In this document: in pieces, positions 1-50,637 of the stretch
Position numbering within the stretch: the stretch's first letter is position 1
Layout of the letters: every line of letters begins with the position of its first letter
Assembly: GCA_951406725.2 (NCBI GenBank)
Contig: OX597837.1
Location: 25,048,001 to 25,112,000, forward strand
DNA length: 64,000 bases
Reading direction: 5' to 3'
DNA from: Octopus vulgaris
Lineage: Eukaryota
Translations under genes and position numbers: made by a program
Notes under the pieces: generated by a model
What the model saw: only the letters and a program-made list of their open reading frames with translations
What the model was told of the DNA's origin: nothing
The model's database searches: none

Positions 1-26
1 AGAAACTCCCTAGCACACCTCGAGAC

Positions 27-82
27 ACATCACTGATGAAGGGAAGGTTCTTACGAACTAACTCTGAAATTGGGTCCGATGT
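27..82 (+). ncRNA. Type I hammerhead-ribozyme-like motif in a Penelope-like remnant
   Basis: acatca-CTGATGA-stem II (aggg/ctct with inner gttc/gaac)-GAAA-ttgg-GTC-cgatgt; remnant abuts (TA)n at about 225-262. Confidence 0.6.
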
Positions 83-218
83 TAATAACAGGATTTTTTT
101 TAGAAATTTCTGTCGGCTTTCTTCGAAACACGTGCTTGTAGTGATAAATTACATGGTTATTGATGTGTCTTTTTTCGGCATATTTTGGCATTAGAAATTT
201 TTTCTTTTGCCCATACTT

Positions 219-269
<51 letters not shown>

Positions 270-2355
270 GCGTGCGCAAAAAGCTGACAGTCACTTCAAA
301 GTTTCGGTAGGTAGTCTGACGAAGTTTACTAAACCAAAATTTGGAAATAACAGTCAATTTTTCCTGCCTAAACAAAATATAACACTCTACTGAAAGATAT
401 TGAATCATGCTGCAATTCATGCTTAATTATTTTCTTTTTCCTTCTCATATGTAATATTACATAAAAAGCAATCGTTAATATTATATATGTGTGGTTAGAA
501 ACTTGATTCCTAACCACGTAGTTCCGAGTTCAGTACCACTACATGGCACCTTGTGAGTGGATTTTATTGACGAAAACTGAAAGAACCCCGTCGTGTATAT
601 ACGTTGGGACACACTAGTAAATGGTTCTTACACCATTTTACATGTAGTCACAGACGGCAATTTAGCTTTCAGCGGGCCTCGTTGACAAGTCACAAAAATG
701 AAACATCGAGGTCCATCGCTCCTAAATGAGGCCTAGTGCGAGTTATCTTCCATGTGTTTTAACATCAGGCGCATTGATGAGAATATATTCACTTATGCCT
801 AAAAGTGCAGCCTACCCACAATCATCATCAATTTAGAATATGTGTTTATTAATAAAAGTTTAATAACGATAATTTTTTATTCATACGAACGTAACTGATA
901 TGAAATATGTCATAAATAACAGTGACACATTGATATGACACCACCAGAAAATGTTGTCGACAAACTATGGCAGAAATTGTATTCACCTCAATAGACGTCA
1001 TTGATTGGTTGAAATTGCCGAAATGCAAGAAATGAAACAACAAATAGCTTACAAACTACAGAATTTTCTCAAGAAAGCCAAGAGAAAAAGATGTTTTATG
1101 TAACACACTACCAGTATACGAAGTTTAAAAGTGTTTAGTTACAAAGAAATTATTTTAAAAATCTGTCGGTCAAAGCGAAAAGATCCCAAAAGATGTATTG
1201 TTTACATGTATTGAACTAGTTATTTGTCTTTTTTTTTTTGTAATTCAACGTTCAGTTTGTGTGTTTTTTGTGTAATTTTCCGGAAATAAAATTTCATTGA
1301 ATTTTCTTTTTTATATTGTTGACATGTCTGTTCCAACATTTCACATTTTATTCATTAAAACTTCCATCGTCATAATATTATCATAGACAGCTATTACGCA
1401 CAAAGTCCCAGCTTCCAAATTCTGCTTTCTGATTGGATAAAAATAATCAAATATTAAACCCCTAAAATTTTTCTGCAACAACAGAATAACAAAATCATAT
1501 TCAGAGTGGAAAATTACATCAATATACCAAATTTGAAAATTTTCATTTAATTTCAAAATTTCAAAATCTGTGAGCGATGCAGGAAACATCTAGGTTCTTT
1601 TCCTTTTGAACGGCACATGTCAACACAATTTCTAGTTAACTAAACACTTTAAAACTTCGTATACTGGTAGAATGTATCAAAATAAAACATTTTTTCTCTT
1701 GGCTTTCTTGAGAAAATTGTAATTTGTTTGTTAAAAGTTGTTTAATTTTTCGAATTTAACCAATGAATCGCCTCTAGTGAACTAAAATCATTTGCTGCGT
1801 CTAAAACTGAGACAACATCCTAAATATATGATAGGAGTTTGGCTCAGAAAAAGCGCACCAAAGATGAAATTGCTGTTAGGTACGGTTCCATGCGATGTCT
1901 TATGACGTCGGGAATATTCTAACGAATTGCGATCAGATAGATAGATAGCTATAACGTTGTTATCTCCCCTTAATACGAAAATATAGACTTGCATTGTGCA
2001 TCTCCTCTCTCTTTCACTCTATATAAATATATCATCATTATTACTACTGTTCTGGTAATAGTAATAATGGTCAAATTTTAAGATAATTCCACCCCAAAAC
2101 AAACACATTAAACATCTAGAATAATAATACATTATCTAGAATAATAATACATTGGTGACCAGCTCCTGCTCCTATAGATGCATATCCGTTTGTTGTATAG
2201 TTTCGGATTTATATTTAACTTAAATAATTGAACACTGATAAAAATAATTCTTAATCTACTTAATTTAAAAATATATATATATATATATTTTAAAATATTT
2301 ATTTATTTGCGGTCATTGAATATATGATATGCCTTTAACTGATTGTTTTTCTCAG

Positions 2356-2443
2356 AATACGAATCTGCCACTGTGTAATTTAGTTCCTACACTTGAGTGT
2401 CTCCATATTCGAACTTGGATCGAATCGCTGACTGCATCGCTCG
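2356..2443 (+). other. Candidate non-coding 5' UTR exon of SPT5
   Basis: ttttttctcag acceptor and cg|gtaatt donor in repeat-free, CpG-richer sequence; the ATG exon starts with an acceptor, so upstream exons must exist. Confidence 0.4.
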
Positions 2444-3161
2444 GTAATTAAAACACATTATTTACATTATTTTAATTTTATAATTATTATTTATGCTTTA
2501 ATACTAGAATTACCGTGTTGATAATTTCATTCTTGTTATTCTACTGCATTAATTTTATTAAACTATTGCACAATTTCATCCGAAGTTGCTGTCCATCTGT
2601 TAGACAATTCAAACTATTTTCCTGCTGGACACAGGATTTCTGTTCGATACATCAATACATATTTGTTTATGTATTCCATAATTAATATTAGAAACTATTT
2701 GATATGGTAGAACATTTTGAGATAGTAAGAGTTGATGTATAAACGAGTCCACGTGAGTACTTTATGTATAGAAATATCGAGACCCAGAAAAATACACGAA
2801 CATTCTACCAACATGATGATAGTTACATTTAGATCTGTTCCTTAATTGTTTTCCTTATTCACTTTAAATCCCTTCCGGGTTTCATTGTTTACCTCTCAGT
2901 TGCCTAATATTGGCATAAATTATATTTACATGGATATGAGACTTAAAACGGTCACTAGAAGCAGTTAAATTCCAAAATACGAAGTTTGATAGTCCAACTC
3001 AAATTTGTAATAGAAATATGTCTTCTAATTACAAAATTAAATTATAAAACTGCCTTAGTTATTTTTTATTACTCGATCACTTCAACTGTAATATTTGATT
3101 TATAAACTGCATTTATAATTATTGCATGTTACGTTTTTTTTTTGTTTTTAATTTATTTTAG

Positions 3162-3260
3162 CTGTTACGGCTGAAGTATTGCAGGATACTATATGTTATC
3201 CAGGTTTCCTTAAGTGACTTCTTTGTATCACAATTCAACTAATCTTTCTTTAATAAGACT
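3162..3260 (+). other. Candidate non-coding 5' UTR exon of SPT5
   Basis: long T-tract plus ttttag acceptor; strong gtgagt donor at 3261. Confidence 0.45.
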
Positions 3261-4718
3261 GTGAGTCCCTCATTTTATCATTATATATATAATCAACCGC
3301 GCATACTCAATGTATGTATTTTGCTTGTTCGCCGGCTCTTTGCGTTAAAGCATCCGAAGGCCGATTCCTTCATTGCATCGAGTGTTAAACACTTGAAAGT
3401 CCTAGATATGGTGCGTGTATAAACGCACACACTTTCTAATAAACGACACTAGTTTCTTTTATTCCTGCTAGGTTTTTCTTTTCGACTGTCTTTTGATAGT
3501 AATTATTCTCTTCACTTGTGATTTGTCTCTGCTATATATATATATATAACGTATGTATATCGCTACAGTGTGATATTTAACGGTATTATTCTGGAATTAA
3601 AGTTTTGATAGGGGAAGACGCGGTTCCGTGGTTAAGAAGCTCGCTTTGCAAACGTTTAATTTACGGTTTTAGTGCGACGTTGCGGCACATTGGGAAAATG
3701 TCTTCTAATATAGCCCCGAGCCCGACTGATGCTTTGTGAGTGAATTTAGTAGACGGAAACTGCGTGGAAGATCGTCCATCATATACACACACATCTTCGT
3801 GTTTGTCCATTGCTACTACTTGACAACCAGTGTTTGTCCTGTAACCTAGAAGTTTTGCTAAAGAAACCAGTAGAATAAGTGTCAGACTTAGGAATAAGTA
3901 CTGGGGTAGATCTGAACCCGTCAAGGCATGGGATTCTGTGATTTGATGACCTAATTCATACTATACACACAGATATCACAAACCTGCTGACCTACCTACA
4001 CACATACATATGTACATGTCCATTGTGTGTGTAATATGGATTATTATAGCTTGTAAAAATCATGGTAGCTGATAGTCGTATAGGACATATGGCATTCAGA
4101 TTTTTAACTTGGTCTTTTCTTGGTTAGAGGAGGAAAAGCAAGACTACTGAGATTGGCCTGATCATTTATACTTTCTGCAATATTAAACAACATTTACAAC
4201 GTAAAAAGCACCTACTACACTCATGAAGTGGTTGGCGTTAGGAAGGGCATCCAGCTGTAGAAACACTGCCAGATCAGACTGGGCCTGGTGCAGCCTTCTG
4301 GCTTCCCAGACCCCAGTTGAACTGGCCAAGAAAAGGACTACCTGTTCTGTAGGCTTCTGCACAGTTTCCATCTACCAAAGCTTCACTTTCATGATTTAGG
4401 TCCACTAAAGGTATGCTGGAAGGTGCTTGTCCAATACACCTTCCATCATACCTAGAATTGTGTAATTACAATTAACCACCATTTATAGTTTACTTTCTGT
4501 GATTCAGCTACGGTCAAAAGTTAGAATATACTGCCAACAGATAATTGTGATTCTTTGAGCTAATCATTTTTGGGGGGAAATCTATAAAATAGTTTTTTTT
4601 TTTTATCAGTTTGAGTCTGGCAGCTATACTGAAAGTATATGAGGTAGGATCATCTTTTGATGGTTTACAACCACGAATAACATAAGAATCCATTGTTTGT
4701 CAGAAAGTTAATAGTACT

Positions 4719-4887
4719 ATAGGCGCAAGAGTGGGTGTGTGGTAAGTAGCTTGCTTACCAACCACATGGTTCCGGGTTCGGTCCCACTGCGTGGCACCTT
4801 GGGCAAGTGTCTTCTACTATAGCCTCGGGCCGACCAAAGCCTTGTGAGTGGATTTGGTAGACGGAAACTGAAAGAAGCCCGTCGTAC

Positions 4888-4925
<38 letters not shown>

Positions 4926-5080
4926 TTGTGTTTGTCCCCGTTACTTAGCGGTTCGGCAAAAAGAGACTGATAGAATAAGTACTAAGCTTACAAAAGAATA
5001 AGTCCCGGGGTCGAGTTTCTTGATTAAAGGCGGTGCTCCAGCATGGCTGCAGTCAAATGACTGAAACAAGTAAAAGAGTA
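4719..5080 (+). mobile_element. tRNA-derived SINE family A (CORE-like ccttgggcaagt motif, internal (TA)n(TG)n, gtaaaaga tail)
   Basis: A/B-box head. Other copies at about 6615-7003+, 7337-7690+, 9181-9590+, 20997-21453-, 21458-21845+, 28513-28880+, 32175-32548+, 37817-38170+, 48752-49130-, 50017-50362+, 51174-51520+, 60890-61272-, 63579-64000+. Confidence 0.9.
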
Positions 5081-5935
5081 CCTTGCGAAAGGTACTACTA
5101 TCAGTGCAGTACACTGCAGGGAAAAGGAACAGGTTAGATTGGTATATCCAAATGTGAAGAAAAGGATATATGATAACAAGGACTAAAATAGAAGATATTT
5201 AGGCAAATACTATGATTTTTATCAATAATAACCATTAACACTATTTTTACTCAAATGTTCAACCTGTGCCATCTCTTGCTTTGAGACACAAATCATCTGT
5301 CTAATTAGCAAATTCTTTAATGATTACAGCTCATTGTTCCTTAGACATCTGTTGAGTGGTCAGTTAAATGGTCTTTTCACTTTTCTCTTGTGCTGTTGGC
5401 AATAATGAGGAAAGGCTCCGTTCTGCTGAAAAATGTGTAATTCACTGCCAGAAGATTAAGTAAGAAGTTAGCATTTGACCATAACAGTATTGGATATCTT
5501 CAAAAGAGCAAGGTTCATTTATGCCAGAACTAACCTCACATTTCACTAGTTTCACAATGACAATATGTGGTATAAAGCATGCAAATGTGTTGACTAGTGA
5601 GTCCATCAGCATGAAATTTTTACTCTTGGACAAAATATATGATCAGTATGTTGAAGTTCATTCCAAAAGAACACCTGTGTTTTCTTACAGGATTTAACAT
5701 GATCAATTGTCTTTGTTTTGTACCAGTCTAGGAATAAGGTGATGTAAATTTAAATCTATTAGATTGTGATGTTCAATTATGATGAACTATGTATGAACCT
5801 TATAGACGACTTCTTCAGAAGTTGTTTATAAGGTTGGCTTGCTGAACATTCTCTTCTGTGTGGGGTAATACTGGAGAATTGAACTTGTAATCTCCCACTT
5901 TATGTGACATAGCAATCATTCTTCTGGCTAGTCAC

Positions 5936-6455
5936 TAGTGGTTCCTAAAGTAGGCGGTATTGCACCTCTGGAAAAGGCGAGCTGGCAGAAACGTTAGCAC
6001 GCCGGGCGAAATGCTTAGCGGTATTTCATCTGCGTTACGTTGTGAGTTCAAATTCCGCCGAGGTCGACTTTGTCTTTCATCCTTTCGGGGTCGATAAATT
6101 AAGTACCAGTTACGCACTGGGGTTGATGTAATCGACTTAATACCTATGTCTGTCCTTGTTTGTCCCCTCTGTGTTTAGCCCCTTGTGGGTAATAAAGAAA
6201 TAGGTATTGCACCTCTGGGGGCGGTGGAAAGTTCCAAGGGGGCGTTGAAGAAAAGTGGGGTGATAAATGGGGGAGCGATTCATGTAAAAACAACAAAATA
6301 GCAAGTTCACTAGGTTAAGTTTTATTTGCGAAATACAGTTTGTTTGAATTTGCTTCAGAAAGAAGTCTATGTGATGGTTAGTTGGGGTGGGAGCACTAGG
6401 AAAGTGTCCTGAGTGTCAAAAGGACTGACAGCCTGACAAAGTTTAGGAACCACTG
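5936..6455. mobile_element. hAT (Charlie-like) MITE with nested family-B SINE
   Basis: tagtggttcctaaa...tttaggaaccactg termini. Confidence 0.65.
5972..6204 (+). mobile_element. tRNA-derived SINE family B with Nin/Deu-type domain
   Basis: gcctttcatcctttcggggtcgataaattaagtaccag core; flanked by duplicated ggtattgcacctctgg. Other copies at about 8278-8880, 12014-12240, 13364-13595, 18825-19052, 42483-42690-, 54670-55066, 55871-56018-. Confidence 0.85.
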
Positions 6456-7823
6456 GGCTAGTGGATCCCTTCTGAATTTCGTCTTTCATTGTTGTTGAAC
6501 TGAATACTGGATATTATAGTAAATATTTCTACTTAACAAGTCATACATCTTCTGTAATACTGTAACATATTTCAAACATGGAAATAAGTTGTGCTTCTAA
6601 ATTTCCTCTCTTCGTGTGGTAAGTAGCTTGTTTATCAACCACATGGTTCCGGGTTCAGTCCCACTGTGTGGCACCTTGAGCAAGTGTCTTCTACTATAGC
6701 CTTGGGCTGACCAAAGCCTTGTGAGTGGATTTGGTAGACGGAAACTGAAAGAAGCCCGTCGTATATATGTGTATATATATATATATATATATGCGTGTGT
6801 GTGTCTGTGTTTGTCCCCCTAGCATTGCTTGACAACCGATGCTGGTGTGTTTATGTCCCCATTACTTAGCGGTTCGGCAAAAGAGACCGATAGAATAAGT
6901 ACTAGGCTTACAAAGAATAAGTCCGGGGGTCGATTTGCTCGACTAAAAAAAGGCGGTGCTCCAGCATGGCCACAGTTAAATGACTGAAACAAGTAAAAGA
7001 ATAAGATAGTGAGTTGGCAGACTCATTAACATGCCGGGTAGAATGCTTAGTGGCATTTCCACTGCTGAAGAACTTTCCAAATGGCATTACCTAACAAAAA
7101 ATTACCTTGAATTTGTTTTTGTTGTGTAGCCTATCTAATGATAAGCCACATCTCATGCAGTCTGCTTCTTGTAAAAGGCTACTTATGCCAGTTCTAGAAT
7201 GTAGAAAGAAATTGCAAGCTATGAAGATCTAAAATATTTCTCATGCAAACTGCTGCAGTGATTCAGCAAATGATGTTTTACTTCCTACAAAGTTTTTTTT
7301 TTACCTTTTTGACATTTCTTTAAAAAAATTTTTCGTGATAAGTAGCTTGCTTACCAACCACACGGTTCCGGGTTCAGTCCCGCTGCGTGGCATCTTGGGC
7401 AAGTGTCTTCTACTATAGCCTCGGACCGACCAAAGTCTTGTGAGTGGATTTGGTAGACGGAAACTGAAAGAAGCCTGTCATATGTATGTGTGTTTGTCCC
7501 CCCCAACATCGCTTGACAACCGATGCTGGTATGTTTACGTCCCTGTTACTTAGCGGTTCGGCAAAAGAGACCGATAGAATAAGTACTAGGCTTACAAAGA
7601 ATAAGTCCTGGGGTCGATTTGCTCGACTAAAAAAAGGCGGTGCTCCAGCATGGCCGCAGTCAAATGACTGAAACAAGTAAAAAAGTAAAGTAAATATCAA
7701 TTTTTTTTTCCATACTACTGTTGATGTAAAATATTTTGAAAATTAAAATGTTTCCTTATATGTTTGGATTTAATCTTATTGCATCCACTGTTTCTCTTTC
7801 ACAGAGATTGCATTTTATTGACT

Positions 7824-46992
<39,169 letters not shown>

Positions 46993-47161
46993 AGCTCTTC
47001 CCATCACCTGGAATATTTGATGTATCTGATGATACATCTGAACATCTAATCTCTCTCTCTGTTAGAAAGTTTTCTGAACGTCTTTGCTTCCTTTTCTTAT
47101 CAGAGATGTTCCTAGCTATGTTCCATCATGTCAAAGCTAATCTGCACTTACATTTTTTTAA

Positions 47162-47220
47162 AGTAAAACATTCTCAAAATCATATCCAGTTGTTATTTGT
47201 TATAGTGAGTTTGTGTTATT
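47162..47220 (+). terminator. Candidate SPT5 polyadenylation signal (AGTAAA plus downstream GT/T-rich element)
   Basis: AGTAAA 47162-47167, CA about 14 nt later, then gttgttatttgttatagtgagtttgtgttatt; a canonical AATAAA also overlaps the stop codon (46988-46993). Confidence 0.4.
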
Positions 47221-47242
47221 GATGTAGCAAATATTCTCTTTT

Positions 47243-47836
47243 GTGGTGAAGCACGACCTTCGAACTTTAGGCCTCACTGAGGAAATGACCAGCGACCGAG
47301 ACCTTTGGAAATATGCTGTACGTGAGAAGACCAGGCAGGACAAGTGAGCCCAGCCCACTTATGCATGCCTTTCCTCCCTTGGACACAAAGACCTGTTGAG
47401 GCAAGCAAAGTCGATATAGAACCTCATCCGACGACAGGCATCCATGCCAACCCCCTTTGCTTGCGAAGACATGTTGGGGCAAGCGAAATTGAATTCGAAT
47501 TGAACCAGCCAGGACCCCTGGTCTGGTGGTACGTAAAAAGCACTATCCGACTCGTGGCCGATGCCAGCGCCGCCTTGACTGGCTTCCGTGCCGGTGGCAC
47601 GTAAAATACACCAATCCGACCGTGGCCGTTGGCAGCCTTGCCTGGCACCTGTGCAGGTGGCACGTAAAAAGCACCCACTACACTCACAGAGTGGTTGGTG
47701 TTAGGAAGGGCATCCAGCTGTAGAAACATTGCCAAATAAGACTGGAGCCTGGTGCAGCCTTCTGGCTTCCCAGATCCCCGGTCGAACCGTCCAACCCATG
47801 CTAGCATGGAGAACGGACGTTAAACGATGATGATGA
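47243..47836 (+). mobile_element. RTE-clade LINE 3' end with Meta-domain and VNTR 3' UTR (repeat family C)
   Basis: ORF tail VKHDLRTLGLTEEMTSDRDLWKYAVREKTRQDK-stop at 47246-47347, then about 65-bp repeats, ggcgttaggaagggcatcc core and (GAT)n tail. Truncated copies at about 9816-10087-, 11505-11866+, 16780-17087+, 33253-33590+, 34807-35120-, 40225-40570+, 45544-45843-, 51834-52440-, 52920-53258+, 55111-55565-, 57693-58145-, 61627-61911+. Confidence 0.8.
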
Positions 47837-49263
47837 TCTTTTACTTGTTTCAGTCATTAAATTGTGGTCATGCTTGGGCAGCCACCTCGAATTTTTAGTT
47901 GGATGAATTGACACGTCTTTTTTTTTAAAAGCCTGGTATTTATTCTATCAATCTCTTTTGCCAAGCTGCTAAGTTACAGGGACATAAACACACCAATACT
48001 CGTTACAAAGCAGTGGTAGGAACCAACACAGACACACACTAAGGCTTTTGTCAGCCAAAGGCTATATAGTAGAAGACACTTGCCCAAGAAGTGAATGGAA
48101 TCTTGAATTCAGTCCCACCACGTGGTACCTTCAGTAAATGTCTTCTACTATAGCCTTGGGTTGACCAAATCCTTGTGAGTGGATTTGGTAGACAGAAACT
48201 GAAAGAAGCCCATCAAATAAATATGTATATATCATCGTTTAACGTCTGCTTTCCATGCTAGAATGGGTTGGACGGTTCAACTGGGGTCTGGGGAAGCCAG
48301 AAGGCTGCACCAGGTCCAGTTCTGATCAGGCAGTGTTTCTACAGTTGGATGCCCTTCCTAACGCCAACCACTCCATGAGTGTAGTGGGTGCTTTTTACGT
48401 GCCAGACGAGGCTGGCAAACGGCCATGACTGGATGGTGTTTTTTACGTGCCACCGGCAGGGGGGCGATATATATATATATATATATATACACACATGTCT
48501 TTGTATCCACTACCACCACCACTTGACAACCGGTGTTGGTGTGTTTACGTTCCTGTGACTTAGCAGTTAGGCAAAAAGAAACCAATAGAAAAAGTACAGG
48601 CTTCACAAGTACTGGGGTCGATTCATTCAACTAAAATTCAGTCTAATGACTGAAACAAAAGTAAAATATAAAATCCTTTAACATTCACACTTTGCTTAAT
48701 TGACAGCAACAGAATCAGGCCTAATCACTCAGGAACTTAGTTCTAAATTAATACTCTTTACTCTTACTTGTTTCAGTCATTTGACTGCGGCCATGCTGGA
48801 GCACCACCTTTAGTCAAGCAAATTGACCCCGGGACTTATTCTTTGTAAGCCCAGTACTTATTCTATCGGTTTCTTTTGCCGAACCGCTAAGTGACGGGGA
48901 CGTAAACACACCAGCATCGGTTGTCAAGCAATGCTAGGGGGACAAACACAGACACACAAATATATACACACACACACATATACGACGGGCTTCTTTCAGT
49001 TTCCGTCTACCCAATCCACTCACAAGGCTATAGTAGAAGACGCTTGCCCAAGATGCCACGCAGTGGGACTGAACCCGGAACCGTGTGGTCGGTAAGCAAG
49101 CTACTTACCACACAGCCACTCCTGTGCCTATAATGAATTTTATAATGAACAACATTAACAAATATATTTTAAAATGATTATTAACCTTCCGTTGGTGCAG
49201 TGGGTTTGGCTTACCCCAAGCAATGTTTCTTAAATATCTTACATCTAGCAGCAGTGAAACAAG

Positions 49264-49762
49264 TACCATAAATCCTCGAGTATAATCCGCATTTCCTCCC
49301 AAAAATTTAAAGGTCAAAATCCCTAGTGCGTACTATATACGAGGTTAAAAATGAAAATTATTTTCTAAGCAATGTCCAAGTCTCTATTTGCTGTCCAGCA
49401 ATGTTTATTCAGATGCATTTTGTGATGTCGGGCGTGAAAATACCTTAAGCTAAGTCTGGAAGCAATGAAGTCATAAAAGAACCATCCATAATTTGCAGTA
49501 AGCAACATTTATTAAACGTTATTACTGTTATTCCTTTATTTTCTGCAAACAAAATGCACAAAAAGGCTACACGTTTGCATTATGTTATATATACAATAAT
49601 AATAAAGGACGTTACCGTATACATTTTGACAAACCAAGGATGTTATATAGACCTCCTTGACTCAAGTTAGAGAAGGGGTGCTTATTATACACAAGGTTTA
49701 AGTTTTTCAGAGGTACAGCCCCCTAAATATCCCCTGCATATTATACGCAAGGATTTACGATA
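49264..49762. mobile_element. Tc1/mariner-pogo-type MITE
   Basis: taccataaatcctcgagtata...tatacgcaaggatttacgata inverted ends. Confidence 0.7.
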
Positions 49763-50599
49763 TCTTCCCATGTAATTTCCTGCCTACGTCCCCTGAGTTG
49801 ATACATCAAGTTGCTTAGTCTGCTGGTAGCAAAAGGAGAGATTATATGCACAGTAACTGCATCTCAGGGTGTAACACCCCCCCACTCCGCACCTTTCTAA
49901 TAGGTAATTTTTCTAAAGCATATATTTCCTTTACTATGTTAAGGTTCAATTGTGGCATACATAACATGATATACATTGGTGTTGTTCTTGTAATACATAA
50001 TTATGATGAAAAAAAAAGGCGCAGGAGTGGCTGTGTGGTAAGTAGCTTGCTTACCAACCATACGGTTCCAGGTTCAGTCCCACTGTGTGGTACCTTGGGC
50101 AAGTGTCTTCTACTATAGCCTCGGGCCAACCAAAGCCTTGTGAGAGGATTTGGTAGACGGAAACTGGAAGAAGCCCGTCGTATATATGTATTTATATGTT
50201 TGTGTGTTTACGTCCCCGTAACTTAGCGGTTCAGCAAAAGAGTCTGATAGAATAAGTACTGGGCTTACAAAGAATAAGTCCTGGGGTCGATTTACTCGAC
50301 TAAAAGGCAGTGCTCCAGCATGGCCGCAGTCAAATGACTGAAACAAGTAAAAGAGTAAAGAGACAGAGTATTACATTTCTAAATATCTCAAAGAAATAGC
50401 GGTGGTGTGATTCCCTTCACAGGACTGTCACATCAAGTCGACAATATACAACTGCCCTATCGTCCCACCACTGCTTATATCTCTCTGAGATATTTAGAAA
50501 TATATCTATTTTTTTGTGATCAGTGGATTTATTTCACTGGAATTATTATATGTCTACAAGGCCTAGACAAGAATCTGCAGCTAGCAGGCCATGCTACTC

Positions 50600-50637
50600 C
50601 AGACTGATGAAGAGTAAGACTCAGAAACTACTCTCTG
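50600..50637 (+). ncRNA. Minimal type I hammerhead-like motif within a direct-repeat unit
   Basis: caga-CTGATGA-a gagt aag actc a-GAAA-ctac-TC-tctg. Confidence 0.55.

Noticed and set aside
1760-2060. SPT5 core promoter (CCAAT, TGACGTC, TATA-like)
   Set aside because: Plausible location, but the motifs are short and common in AT-rich DNA, and a TSS cannot be placed without transcript data.
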